Assembly (NCBI GenBank): GCA_964016885.1
Contig: OZ024744.1
Span: 97,774,001 to 97,838,000, forward strand
Direction: 5' to 3'
DNA: 64,000 bases
DNA from: Eledone cirrhosa
Taxonomy: Eukaryota
Below are positions 38,822 to 51,822 of the stretch, in pieces; position 1 is the stretch's first letter; every line of letters begins with the position of its first letter. Position numbers and translations under genes: made by a program. Under the pieces are notes generated by a model. The model was given only the letters and a program-made list of their open reading frames with translations. It had not been told where the DNA came from and searched no databases.

Positions 38822-39640
38822 TTAGAGAAATTGGGGAGGTGAGTTGAGTCCAAGAGGGGAATAGGACCCAAGGCGATGAATCAGACTTTGTTCAGTCCTG
38901 GTGCGCGAGGCCTGTGATCCATGATGTAAAAGGACACACAGGACTGAAACATATAGGGAAGAATGACCAGGAGAACAGAAATGACGGGCGACAGGAGTAT
39001 CCAAACCGAGTCGTATGTCCTTCAAATGTTCGGCAAAATGGTCCGCCATACGGCATCCCGTTTGTCCGATATATAAAGACCCGCAAAGGGAATACCGGAG
39101 GGCATAGACAACGTGGGTGGATGTGTAGGTGAAGGAATGGCGGATACGGAAAGAACCGTTAGGACCTGTAAGAGTGGTGAGGCTGGAAATAAAGGGACAA
39201 GTGTTGCAGCGGGAACGGTCACAAATGAGAGCCGGGTGGAGTCGTGGGAGAGGACGAAAAGGGACTGCGAACCAGGAGGTCACGGAGGTTGCGGGCGCGC
39301 TTAAAAGCAGTGATGGGTGGGTTTGGAAAAAAGCGAGAAGTGACGGGGTCAGAAGAGAGGATACGGAAGGAACGGAGGACATGTTGCCGGAGTGGTAGGG
39401 TGATGGGGTGGTAGGTGAGAGGGAACACAGCTATTGGGAAGGCGGGGTGAGGTGAAAGGGTTATGGTGCGGTCTCTTTCACTGGCGCGGGTGAGAGCAGC
39501 TTGGATCAGGGTGGGTGGATATCCACGTTGGATGAAGCAGGAAGCAATGCGAAGGGAATGGGTTTCGAAATCGTCGTCCTGGCTACAGAGCCGACAAAGA
39601 AGGAGTAACTGGGAATATGGTATGGAGTGTTTGGTGTGGG
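38822..39640 (-). mobile_element. PLE family B, RT thumb plus GIY-YIG (frameshifted)
   Basis: HTKHSIPYSQ...RGYP, PLTYHP, CDRSRCNTC, HVVYAL...LYIGQTG, FAEH, PVARHF, PLGLN. Confidence 0.85.
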
Positions 39641-40969
39641 TTCGTGTGGCTGAGTGGTTAGAGAACTGGATTCACAATCGTGAGATTCTGAGTTCGATTC
39701 CCGGACCGGGCAATGCGTTATGTCCTTGAACAAGACACGTTGCTCCTTCTACCTGGAGTTGCGACCGATAGATAGTATTAGTAATTGGAAAGACCAATGG
39801 AAACATTGTTTCCTCGGTCCGATTTGACGAAAGTCGTATCGTTCTTTTATATATATATAAATCTCTCACTCTCTCTCATTTCTTCCCCTTCTCTCTTTCT
39901 TTCTCTCTCTATATATCTATCTCTATCTATCTATCTCTATCTCTGCATTGTTTCTTTCCAGGGACTATGTAGAAAAATAAACCTCATTTGGTCATTCCAT
40001 GAGAGTATCTTGGTCAGCCTATGAAGGAGTGATGTTAGAGCTGTGAAATCTTGCATGTGTAAATTACAACTCTTTTTATTAATAACGGCATTGTTTCTTT
40101 CCAGGGACTATGTTGAAAAATAAACCTCATTTGGTCATTCCATGAGAGTATCTTGGTCAGCCTTTGAACTTTTCTGCCGACCCTCGTAATACAGATAGCT
40201 ATAGATAGCTATAGACAGTTGTAGATAGCTGTTTACACGGTCGTATCAGAACAATCAGACAATCAAAATGGATGAGACGGGCGTGAATTGTCTCTTTGTG
40301 CTGATTCCATAGTTTTGTACTTGATGATAGTTTCTTGTTTGACTGTTTCGTTTCGTTCTTTTTTTTCTTTATTTTTTCTTTTTTTTCTTCTTTTTTTTTT
40401 CTTTTTTTTTTCTTTTTTGTAAATTGTTTATAGTTAGACATTGATATTGTGCAGATAAAACCAGAACTTCCTATCCTGTTTTTCAATCGGGGGAACTTTT
40501 GAGTCATTGCTGGTATTTTCTGTTAATTTATTTCCTCTTTGACGAGTCATGCAGGATATTTACCATGGAATGGTTTTTCTCTTCAGTTCTTTTTATTTTT
40601 TTTTACTCTATTCCATAGTTCCTTTTTTTATTTGTCTTTGTTTTATTTGGCTTTACGTTAGCCTTTTCTTTCTTCTTTTTTTTTTTGTTCTTTTGTAAGC
40701 CTGCTTTCTATACAGTTTCCTACTTTGTAGAAATACTTATATAGTGTATATATAAGTATAAATAATATTATTATTATTATATATATAGGTGGATTGGCAG
40801 TATCGGTAGAGGGTCAGACGCCATGCTTTGAAGCAGAGAGTTACGTCCCTTTATGATCTGAGTTCAAATCTCGCCGAGGTTAACTTTGCCTTTCATCTTT
40901 ACGAGGTCGATAAAATAAAGTACCAGTAATGTACTGGGTAATTGATGGCCTTGTGCCAAAAGTAGAAAC

Positions 40970-41030
<61 letters not shown>

Positions 41031-41035
<5 letters not shown>

Positions 41036-41295
41036 CGGCCCTTGTGGCCAATAAATGAAATCATTATATATATATATATCTATCTATCTAAGGCGGGTAA
41101 AATTCCCGAGATCCATGGACGAGTTCTCTCCAGCGGTCTCTGTCCCTCATCATCGCTGCCATGTCCTGCATCTCCAACAGACCAGTGTCTGTCCTTATGG
41201 CATCAACATACGTTAACCTTGGTCTTCCCCTTCTAGTGTGTCCATGTAGGGGCTCCCAAAGGAGTAATGATTTCATTTATTGGCCACAAGGGCCG

Positions 41296-41301
<6 letters not shown>
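41031..41301. mobile_element. RTE-like 3' remnant (41090-41265, -) bracketed by inverted 36-bp Tx1-type tails
   Basis: LLWEPLHGHTRRGRPRLTYVD..DRDRWR. TAATTCGGCCCTTGTGGCCAATAAATGAAATCATTA and its reverse complement flank it. Confidence 0.7.
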
Positions 41302-41345
<44 letters not shown>

Positions 41346-41604
41346 TATACTTATATATACACTATATATAATTATAAACAGGAAAGGTCAGTAATTCATT
41401 ACCATCTTATTACAAGTAAGAAAAATAGCTCAATGTAAATACATCAGATATATATATATAATAAAAAATGTGTGAAGGAAGAGGGGCTGTGAAGTTACTG
41501 GATAAAGTGTATTTATAAATAAGAGGAAAGTACGAACGGGGGATAGTTTCCCTTCATCAGTTGTCTTCTGGAGGCCTTGGACATTTCTATATTATATATA
41601 CATA

Positions 41605-41635
<31 letters not shown>

Positions 41636-41835
41636 ACGAAGGAAATGTGGTAAGGAACCAGGTGGACCATAACGCACCAAAGTACTCAATACTTAGGGTA
41701 GTAGAGTGGGTAATAGGAACGAGTAGGACCCCGACGACTGAGCTCAAGCCGTTTCGACGGCTAATTCTGGACTAAATTTAGTCCAGAATTAGCCGTCGAA
41801 ACGGCTTGAGCTCAGCCGTCGGGGTCCTACTCGTT

Positions 41836-41893
<58 letters not shown>

Positions 41894-42463
41894 GAAGTTA
41901 TATTTAATTTGTTGGGATACAACAAGCAAATATTTTTATAACTGATATAAAGCACTCAACAAATTTTTGGAGTAAAAATACAATATATTAATAAATGGAA
42001 ACTATATTTATAAAACCATATTTATTTCATTATTTCATTATACATATTTCAAGGACACCAAAGCAAATTATGGTGTGCTTTCATCAGATAAAATATAATT
42101 GTTTCTACTTTTGGCACAAGGCCAGCAATTACCCAGTACATTACTGGTACTTTATTTTATCGACCCCGTAAGGATGAAAGGCAAAGTTGACCTTGGCGGC
42201 ATTTGAACTCAGAATGGAAAGGGTTGTAACTCTATGCGTCAAAGTATGACGTCCGACCCTCTACCGATACTGCCAATCCACCATATAAAATATAATATAG
42301 ATCAGTTTTATAAACAAATATTGACATACCCTTAAAAGAATGCGACCATGTCTGTTGGAAGCTCCCGGATAGTCAAAGCGCACCATAATTTGCTTTGGTG
42401 TCCTTGAAATATGTATAATGAAATAAATGTGGTTTTATAAATATAGTTTCCATTTATTAATAT

Positions 42464-42535
<72 letters not shown>

Positions 42536-42539
<4 letters not shown>

Positions 42540-42677
42540 GTATTTCCTAGAATAAGTCTCAAAAATCTACCACGTGTCCTGGAGGCCGAAGGTTGTTTAT
42601 TATTTCTTTTCAAAGTTTTGGTTGTCAAAATTAGGGTGTGTCCTCGAGGATGAAGCGACTTCGGCGCCGGGAAATAC

Positions 42678-42681
<4 letters not shown>
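42536..42681. mobile_element. Tc1/mariner-pogo-type MITE in (TA)n
   Basis: TA|CCGTATTTCC...GGAAATACGG|TA. Confidence 0.75.
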
Positions 42682-42772
<91 letters not shown>

Positions 42773-42816
42773 GATATGTGCTTTTACAATTCTCCAGAAG
42801 GGCCGGTAGATAGGTA

Positions 42817-42861
42817 AATATTGCTGATGAGTTGTAACAACAACGAAACTAGTTCAATATT
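42817..42861 (+). ncRNA. Type-I hammerhead ribozyme with canonical core
   Basis: AATATTG-CTGATGA-GTTGT aaca ACAAC-GAAA-CTAG-TT-CAATATT: 7-bp stem I, 5-bp stem II, palindromic stem III. Confidence 0.85.
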
Positions 42862-44439
42862 CCTTGTCTGGCTTTCTGGAGAATAGGGGGAAGGTGTTCC
42901 CCCGAAAAACCAGTATGACTCTAAAAACCGGTTTGTCTGTGTGTTTACATACAGAATAGCTGGGCCGCTCACTGTAAAGCGACCAGTGAAAGACTTGGTA
43001 CACCTACATATGTATACGTGTGTGTATTCATATACACACTAGTATTTCAGTATGCATATGTAGATGTACATTTTTAACTTAATTGTTTAAGCGTCAGTCA
43101 TACAAAAGTGAGTCACAAACGAAACGAAATTTAATTTCGTTTCGTTATTTGTTTTTATATATATATATATATATATATATAACGAAGGAATTGTGGTAAG
43201 GAACCAGATGGACCATAACGCACCAGAGTACTCAATACTTAGGGTAGTAGAGTGGGTAATAGGAAAAGGTATGACCCCGACGGCAGAGCTCGGTAATTCC
43301 TTATATGGGAAGATTGTAGTTGTCAAGAGGATTAGTCAAAATTTGTTGTAAACACATATAAATCTATCATGGCATTTGGTGGGAGGTAGGGGTGGCTGAA
43401 CTTGCCTGTAGAACAATGAGGGAGTGAGTAAAGCCAGTCAGGCGTTGAAAGTGAAATCTATGCAGCAGATTCTAAGGATAGTGTATGAAAAGTCGAAAAA
43501 ATGTTCTGGAGAAAAAAAAAGGGGGGGGGGGGTTAAAGAATAGGTAAGTCAAATGAGAGTGGGAGACAATGAAAATAAAAAATATATAAAAAATAAGATA
43601 GTGAGAAATGAATAAAAACAAAACAGTAGAGTCTAGAGACAGCTGCTATAATTAGTAGGTGTTGCTTGTACGGCAAAGCTATAGAAAAGTTTAATAAGTT
43701 GAGAATGGAAAATACTAAATAAGAAATTGTAGAAGTGGGTAGTGAAAAATATAATTGTTTCTACTTTAGGCACAAGGCCAGCAATTACCCAGTGCATTAC
43801 TGGTACTTTATTTTATCGACCCCGTAAGGATGAAAGGCAAAGTCAACCTTGGCGGGATTTGAACTCAGATCGTAAAGGGACGTAAGTATGCTGGAAAGCA
43901 TGGCGTCCGACCCTCTACTGATACTGCCAATCCACCGCTCAGTGGGTAGTGAAAAATATAATGCAAAGTTTTCAGAGGGTCTAACACTGCTGCTGTAAAT
44001 AGTTAGTAAAGCATAATCCGCCAATGCTATCTTACAATTACAGGTTAATAAGTTGAGAAAAGAAAATACTAAATAAGAAATTTTGAAATTGTAGAATTGG
44101 AGTAGTAACAAAAAAGATACCAAAATACAGGGGTCTAACACATCTGCTATAAATAGTTAGTAAAGCGTAATCGGCCAATTCTATCTTAAAATTACAGGGG
44201 TGGGGGTACTGAAGCTACAGAGGACCAATGGGCTGCATCGGGGTAGGCGAAAGGGGAAAAACAGACGAGGAGGAAGATCGGGGGTGGAAGGAAGTGATAG
44301 GATGAGACGGGGGGAAGAAGAAAACATAGAGGAAAAGAAAAGAGGTACGTCTACCTATGTAAGCTGGGGTTTCCACAAACTTATTCGGCAAGTGGGGGGT
44401 ATCAGCCTTTGTATACCCAACCGGGTCATAATGGGGTTG

Positions 44440-45042
44440 GAGGGCGAGGTAGGTCCTACGCAATCTGTGTTTTCATGCGGTTACCAGTTCGTCTTTCTTG
44501 TTTAGGAGTTGGTCCTTCGAAAACAGCATTTGTAATGTTTACTCCGAGCATAAGTTACACGGATGGCGTCCTCCCGTGTAAGAGTTAGCTCTGGACAGTA
44601 AGCTCCAAGTGAGATTGTAGGTTATATTATTATCTTTGATGTCCCAGATGTGGCCCGAAAGTGTAGTGGCATGTCGCCGGACCGGGTTTCGGAAAGTATG
44701 TCTGTGTTGGTATAGCCGGGTCTTGAAGTCACATGCGGTTAATCCTATATAAGCTTTGTTGGAGGTGTCCGTCCTCACGTTGCACTGGTAGATCACATTA
44801 CGATCTCTGCATCTGTTGTTGAGGGGGGAAATGGATCCATCAGGACAGTTGCACCTCCTAGTCGGCTCTCCACTGCTATTTAGGTTATTTCTTCCATAGG
44901 GGTTGAGTTTTTTGTTGTTTGAGGGGACGATGGTTTGTGCGAAGTTAGGTGTGGTGCTGTAGGAGAGTTTGGTGGTGTTTTCGTTGATTATGTTGTGGTA
45001 GCGGTGTTGTAGTGGGAAGTGTTTTTCGAAGAGCCTAAAGAA
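44440..45042 (-). mobile_element. PLE family C (Naiad-type) GIY-YIG region
   Basis: One frame reads KHFP...KLSYS..PN...CNC....SPLNNRC...VIYQC...YIGLT..FKTR..QH..TF...T.LS.HIW...CNLCSE*...LLNKKDELVTA*KHR. Confidence 0.8.
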
Positions 45043-45059
45043 TATATATATATATAAAT

Positions 45060-45317
45060 ATATGAAAGACGTAAAATAAGAAAATTATAAAAATTAACTT
45101 ACTTACTAAAATTTCACTCCAACTAATTAGTTTCTGAAAGGGAATAAACATAGTTTCCGAAGAAACGTACGGAGAAGCCTTTCGTCATCAGCGAAAGGCT
45201 TCTCCGTACGTTTCTTCAGAAACTATGTTTATTCCCTTTCAGAAACTAATTAGTTGGAGTGAAATTTTAGTAAGTAAGTTAATTTTTATAATTTTCTTAT
45301 TTTACGTCTTTCATATT
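45060..45317. repeat. Near-perfect palindrome, ~125-bp arms, 7-nt loop
   Basis: ATATGAAAGACG...GCCTTTCG [TCATCAG] CGAAAGGC...CGTCTTTCATAT, with one mismatch seen. Confidence 0.9.
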
Positions 45318-45427
45318 ATTGTTCTGCATCCCCATGCATTGAACCACAAAGTTACTAAGACAAAACCTATATATTTGCTGGCATAGGATGCATCTGTATA
45401 TATATGTTAGTAGATATACTAATTCTT

Positions 45428-45567
<140 letters not shown>

Positions 45568-45634
45568 CAAGGTTTAGCAAATAAGAAAAAGTTTTAAAAT
45601 AAATTTTAAAAAGTTCACTGTACCTGCTATGGTT

Positions 45635-45720
45635 ACCTTTACCGTACGGTTTCGAGTCCCAAAAATAAATGGATAGTCCTTACGGGCCTCCATTGAAAAG
45701 AAAGACTCTCGTCAGAAGGT
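45635..45720 (-). ncRNA. Type-I hammerhead with extended stem II
   Basis: ACCTT-CTGACGA-GAGTCTT..AATGGA..GGCCCGTAAGGACT..TCCATT..GGGACTC-GAA-ACCGTACGGT-A-AAGGT. Confidence 0.85.
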
Positions 45721-46316
45721 TCTTTTCACTCGAAGAATATAAAATTCCCGAGTTCGAATTACGAACTGGCGCTATTCAAAATTGTTCCCGGGGTGAGAGT
45801 GAATGATGTAGAAGCAATTCTGTCCAGGGCCGTGTGCAAATATAGAAGGCAGAGGCGGACTGGTCAATCTAATACCACTAGAAATAGCAGCAGTCAAAAC
45901 GACCAAAATGTTATCTCGACCAGGGGAGATTAATAATAATAATAATAAAGTATATATCCCTACATGCAAAATACATATAGGGACACATGTATTATCCAAC
46001 CATATGCCGATGTGGTTCTACGGCAGGTTAATAAATTAACGAGCCAGAACACATATAATCAAGATTATTTTTATTTTGGCAGTATCGGTGGAGGGTCGGA
46101 CGCCTTGCTTTCCAGCATAGTTACGTCCCTTTACGATCTGGGTAATTGCTGGCCTTGTGCCTAAAGTAGAAACAATTATTTTTATTTACTTTCTCTTACT
46201 AAACTAATCAGTTTCGCTTTGCTTGTCTCTAAGTATTGACCCGATGTCCACTGTTGTTACTTTATTTGCTCCTAGTTTATAAGAAATCGCTTTCGCCACT
46301 GTGTTTACTGTAGGTA

Positions 46317-46602
46317 ATCCTATTTCCTATCTCCTATATCCTATATTCTATATCCTATATCCTATTTCCTATCTCCTATATCCTATATCCCATCTCCTAT
46401 ATCCTATATCCCATCTCCTATATCCTATCTCCTATATCCTATCTCATATCTCCTATATCCTATCTCCTATCTCCTATCTCCTATATCCCATCTCCTATAT
46501 CCTATCTCCTATATCATATCTCCTATATCCTATCTCATATCTCCTATATCCTATATCCTATATCCTATACCCTATATCCTATATCCTATATCCTATACCC
46601 TA
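46317..46602. repeat. 7-bp minisatellite (CCTATAT/CCTATCT), ~40 units
   Basis: Direct reading. Confidence 0.9.
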
Positions 46603-48153
46603 CCTGTAGCCTGTCCATTACGATGGTGACTTCGGAACACTGCTACTAGCTTTATATATTAACTTCTTAAGCTTTTCAATTCACATAGTTTCCAGTTCTC
46701 TATTTTGAACTTATATATTTATATATTCATATCTTATGACTGGAATGGATAATCTATTCAGAACTTCTATCTTCTTTCTAGCATTGAGTACAGTTTTCAA
46801 TACGAGCCTGACTTTATGGTGGTGGGTGAACAAAATTGTTAGAGTGTCGGACAAGATGCCTCGTGGTATCTGTTCTCTCTCTTTTCGTTCTCAGTTCAAA
46901 TCCCGCAGAGGTTAACTTTGCCTTTCATCCTTCTGGGGTTAAAAAAATAAAATAAAATACTAATGAAGTAATGAGATTAATTTAATCAATTTTTTCCCTT
47001 GCTCCTAAACTTTTATGACCTTGCGCCTAAATTAAAAATCAATGTTATTAGTCTGACTGTTATGAGCTGTAGGTTAATTTAATCTGAAAGTTTTTGTGCT
47101 TCCAGCATATTGGTATGGTATAGTCCCGTAATTCCTGATATAAGGGTGGCATATTGACATAGAGTGTTTCTTGGGTATTTTAAGCCTATCGGAGCCCATC
47201 CCTCTCGAGACCTGAGTACAGCAGATTTCTTCCAGAGAAAGATAGAAAGTGAGAAAGAAGAAATGAGAAAGAGATATAGAGGAAGAATCGACCCCAGTAC
47301 TAGACTGGTACTTTTTTTTTATTGACCTTGAAAGGATGAAAAGCAAAATTGACCTCGGCGGGATTTGAACTCAGAAAGCAGAGAGCTGGAACAAATACCA
47401 TAAAGCATTCTATCCGACGTTCTAACGACTTTGCCAATTCGCCGCCTAGAGGAAAATATTACGCTGGTTTAATTTCAGGAAGTTATGCCTAAGAATATAT
47501 TCGCATGTACGTCGACTACTAAATTTACAGAGATTCGTCTGGACTTTTTTTCTTCTTTTGCCTTTGACCGAACTGCAATCTTAAATCTAGCATAAATTGA
47601 GAATAAGCGGCTGGTATGTGGCGTGTTGACAGGCATTCACAGCCTTTCAAATGGGAGCAATGAGGTTCGCAGACCCTCTAGCCTTACATTATGAAGAGAA
47701 TTAATATAAAGTGATGGAGAAATTTTTTTTTTTTTTTAATGAAGATGAGCTAAGCAACAATATTTAAAATAATTTTAAGTCAAGGTTTATGGACACACGT
47801 TTCAAGGATTTCGAAGAGAGGGGTTTATGCTGCGGTGTTCTTATAGAGAGTGAAATGAAATGAAGTTTCAGATGTTTATAAAACCCGAAAAATCTATTTA
47901 GCCTTTTTTGTTTTGGTGGGTTTTTTTTTTTGGGGGGGGGGGGGGGTTAATCGCTAGTCAACTTCCGATTTGTGGACTCCACGTTATGCTAGTCACAGTA
48001 GAGAACATAAATAAATAAAGGAATAAATAAATAAATAAATAAATAAATAAATAGATAGATAGATAAATAAAGCGCTTGAATCATTTCAAACACTGGTTAT
48101 TCTCTCGTAAAGCAACACCACGAAGAGTCATTTACTAGTAACTACTAGTACTT

Positions 48154-48188
<35 letters not shown>

Positions 48189-49218
48189 GCCGCTGCTACT
48201 ACTACTACTGCTACTGCTGCTACTACTACTACTACTACTACTACTATTACTACTACTACACTGCTACTACTGCTACTACCACCACCACCACCACCACCAC
48301 CACCACCACTACCCCCACCACCACTACCACAACTACTACAACTACTACAACTACTACTACTACTACTACCACCACCACCACCACCACCACTACTACTACT
48401 ATGACATCGCCAAAATGGATTTTTAAAAAGTCGTAGCCGAAACAACTAGAACAACGAAAACAGAAACATACAGCAGCAAGAACAAGACCAAACTACATCA
48501 AAGACAAGTAAGTACCCCTTCCCTTGATACGAAGTTCTTGAGGGAGTGTACTCCCGAAACAACGCCATGACGTCATAATAATACTCCTTCTACTTTTTGC
48601 ACAAGGCCAGCAATTATCCTAGTGTATTACTGGTACTTTATTTTATCGACCCCGTAAGGATGAAAGGCAAAGTTAACCATGGCGGGATTTGAACTCAGAC
48701 CATCAAAGGGCGTAACTCTTTGCTGCAAAGCATGGCGTCCGACCCTCTACCAATACGGCCAATCCACCGCCATGACGTCATAATAATACTCATTTGTTTA
48801 TAACTGTTTGTCTCCTTCTGGTGGGTATTCTTGATACCCAAAATGTTGCTTTTGTTGGATGTCTCTGTGTTGGTTTCTGATACACAACATCTCGGTAATC
48901 GAAGAAATCACATTGATTTTGTTCTACACATGACATGTCTTGCCTATTTTGGATGCTTTCACTGTAATGTCTCTCTCTGTTGGTTTCTGGCTCGTTCCCA
49001 TACAGACACGCCTCATCTCCGTGTTTAGAAACTCAGGATCATTGTAGCTAGTGTGGAGACGAAATGAAAATGCGACGACTACGTGCTACAACAACAGTAA
49101 CTACCTGACAGTAACTGACATAGCCATCCAGTAAGGTCGCCAAAAAGTATGCATGCTAATCAATGTATGAGGCTCCATTCTGTATGTTTGTCTCCCTATC
49201 GTCATTACAACCCACACA

Positions 49219-49249
<31 letters not shown>

Positions 49250-49721
49250 TAGCTTTGTAGCTTATTTGAAACATTATTGAATAGGAAAAACGAAATATAG
49301 TTGTATAGTTTTTTGACAGACCTCGTACATACAATATACTGGAAGGATGGTGATGGGATTACATGTCTGCCTGGGGGGGAAATAACGATAGCGTACTTAT
49401 GCTCTTGACATTTACGTAAGATGTTGTGGGAAGGAAAAACAAACATATTGAATATCCAAAAATCTTCCAAAGTCATGAAATATCATTATATAAAAATTAT
49501 TTAAAGGCCGTGGATTGGCAGTAATCAGTAGAGCGTCATACACCATGCTTCGTATCATAGAGTTACACCCCTTTACGGTCTGAGTTCAAATCCCGCCGAG
49601 GTTAACTTTGCCTTTCATCCTTACGGAGTCGATAAAGTAAAGTACCAGTAATGCACTGGGTAATTGCTGGCCTTGTGCCTAAAGTAGAAACAATTATTAT
49701 TATTGTGCCTTTCATCCTTAC

Positions 49722-50020
49722 AGGGCCTACTCTGATCATGCGCCTGTAGGCTGGTAAATTTGAGGAGGAGAGGGGTGCCCTTCCCAGGTGCCCTCGAATC
49801 GTCGGGTGGTTCAGGATTAGTGGGGTCCCTAAATCAACCCTGGATGGTTATCCCCCCACTATTGGGGAATTTTCATTGTTGTATTTTTCTTGTTTATTTT
49901 TATTTTTTTCATATTTGTTATTCTATTTTTGTATAAAACCCCCACTGTCCCCGTCTATTGTATTGTCCCCTATATGTCGGCCCTTGTGACCAATAAATGG
50001 AACCATTATTATTATTATTA
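49722..50020 (+). mobile_element. Tx1-like LINE 3' UTR fragment
   Basis: GCCTGTAG stop region, CCCC..CTATTGGGGAA and GGCCCTTGTGACCAATAAA plus (ATT)n, all paralleling 5330-5575. Confidence 0.65.
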
Positions 50021-51822
50021 CTGTAGATTGGCAGTATCGGTAGAGCATCAGATACCATGCTTTGCACCATAGAGTTATGACCCTTTGCGTTCTGAGTTCA
50101 AATCTAGCTGAGAGGTCGATAAAATAAAATACCAGTAATGCACTGGGATAATTGCTGGCCTTGTGCCTAAAGTAGAAACAATTATATAAAAATGATTGCG
50201 CACAAAATAAAACACTCCATTAAAGGAAGCAAAAAAGGAAGAGCAAGAAAGGATATGAAAAGAAAAAAAAAGGAAAACAAAGAAATCAAGCAACGAAAGA
50301 AAGGAAGAGAGGGGGAGACAGACACTACACCCTAGTTTATTCAATTATTCAGCCGCACCCCGTGGACAAAATGGCAAAGGCATTATCGAGAAAAATGGCC
50401 AGAGGTACCCGCTGCAACAGCTACTCAACCTCACGGGTCTCCTTCCTTAAATGGGCTGCCGTCTTTCTGACTTTACGGAGGAAATCAGCAGCGCAGGAAC
50501 CAATGTGACCAGAGAACTAAATAAATATATATATATATACCAATGGAAAGCTTGGATGTAGAGGCACTCCTCCATTAAAACGGATATACAGAAGAAACTA
50601 ATACTGAATATTATATGCCCGAACAGCTGGAATGTTGGTTAAAACGGTTAATTCTCGACAGAAATATTGAATAAAAAGTAGATGGAGTGTTATCAAGTGT
50701 TATCAAGTGTTATCAAGTGCTCGGAAAGCTCTGTCAACAGTCAGTAGAACATTAGTCTTATATGATAGTGAATAAGCATAAACAAAATTTACTTTGGGTT
50801 TACTCAGTGTTGAAAATGCATGTTATACAGTTTTACTGTTTTACTTATTCCAGCCGACTGGTTGAGGCCAGGCTGGGGCAACACCATTATTGCAGTTATG
50901 CAGGCGGTGGATTGGCAGTATTGGTAGAGGGTCGGACGCCATGCTTTGCGGCATAGTGTTACGGCCCTTTGCGGTCTACCTCGTTGAGAAGAAGAAGAAG
51001 AAGAAGAAGAAGAAGAAGAAGAAGAAGAAGAAGAAGAAGAAGAAGAAGAAGAAACTAATATTTGGTAATTTTTCATACTATATCATCCCCGTCGGGTAAT
51101 ATTTCCTGGACTGGTTTGTGTGTTGTGTTTTGAGCAAAACACTTCATTTCACGTTGCCCCAGTATACCCAGTGTGGTCTAGTGGTAAGGGTGTTGGACTT
51201 AGGATCTTAATGTCGTGGGTTCAATTCCTGGACTGGGTTGTGTGTTCTTGAGTAAATCACTTCATTTCACGTTGCTCCAGTAAAATGCTCCTAAAAATGA
51301 GTACCAGCAATAGCTGGAGGTTTAACCCTGTTATAGACTGACACCCTATCCAGAAGAGAGTACTGTACTCTCAGCCGCTTCACGCTGCGAAACCGGGATA
51401 AGCACCAGCCTGATAAATCTCTGGGTTCGAGACAGAATTTATACGAGACATAGACTAAGTACATTTAACGTCACTAAAAAAATAAAAAATAAAAACATGC
51501 CTTATTATTGTTCTGATTTCAAATCCCGCCGTCTTAGGTATTGCCTTCATACTTACGATAAAATAAAGCACCCCTCAATTACTGCAGTCAATTCCCTTCA
51601 CCCAAATGTGTAATCTTGCGCCTATTCGGCGACATCTTAATTGGACGTCTAAGGCAATTGGTAGCAGAACGGGAGAATACCTAGTTTTGTGAGCCGAGGG
51701 ATTGTAGCGCTGCTGATACAGGACCCAAACAAAGAGAACCATGTTGATAAGTTCAGGTCCATAATTTATGCTAAACGCAGAGTTTAAAATTTTGGCCATG
51801 GTGTTGCTAACACGACGGGGTT

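Noticed and set aside
41538-41565. CTGATGA-AGG-GAAAC on the - strand
   Set aside because: No stem I pairing can be formed.
44360-44410. Degenerate hammerhead or SECIS downstream of PLE family C
   Set aside because: The core reads CTGATAC and the helix spacing does not fit a canonical SECIS. Left for computational testing.
48436-48516. Candidate + strand exon ending CAA|GTAAGT
   Set aside because: The acceptor is weak, the peptide is unrecognisable, and no partner exons were found.
48830-49030. Possible very old RTE C-terminal remnant on the - strand
   Set aside because: Only scattered residues match, too degenerate to support a call.
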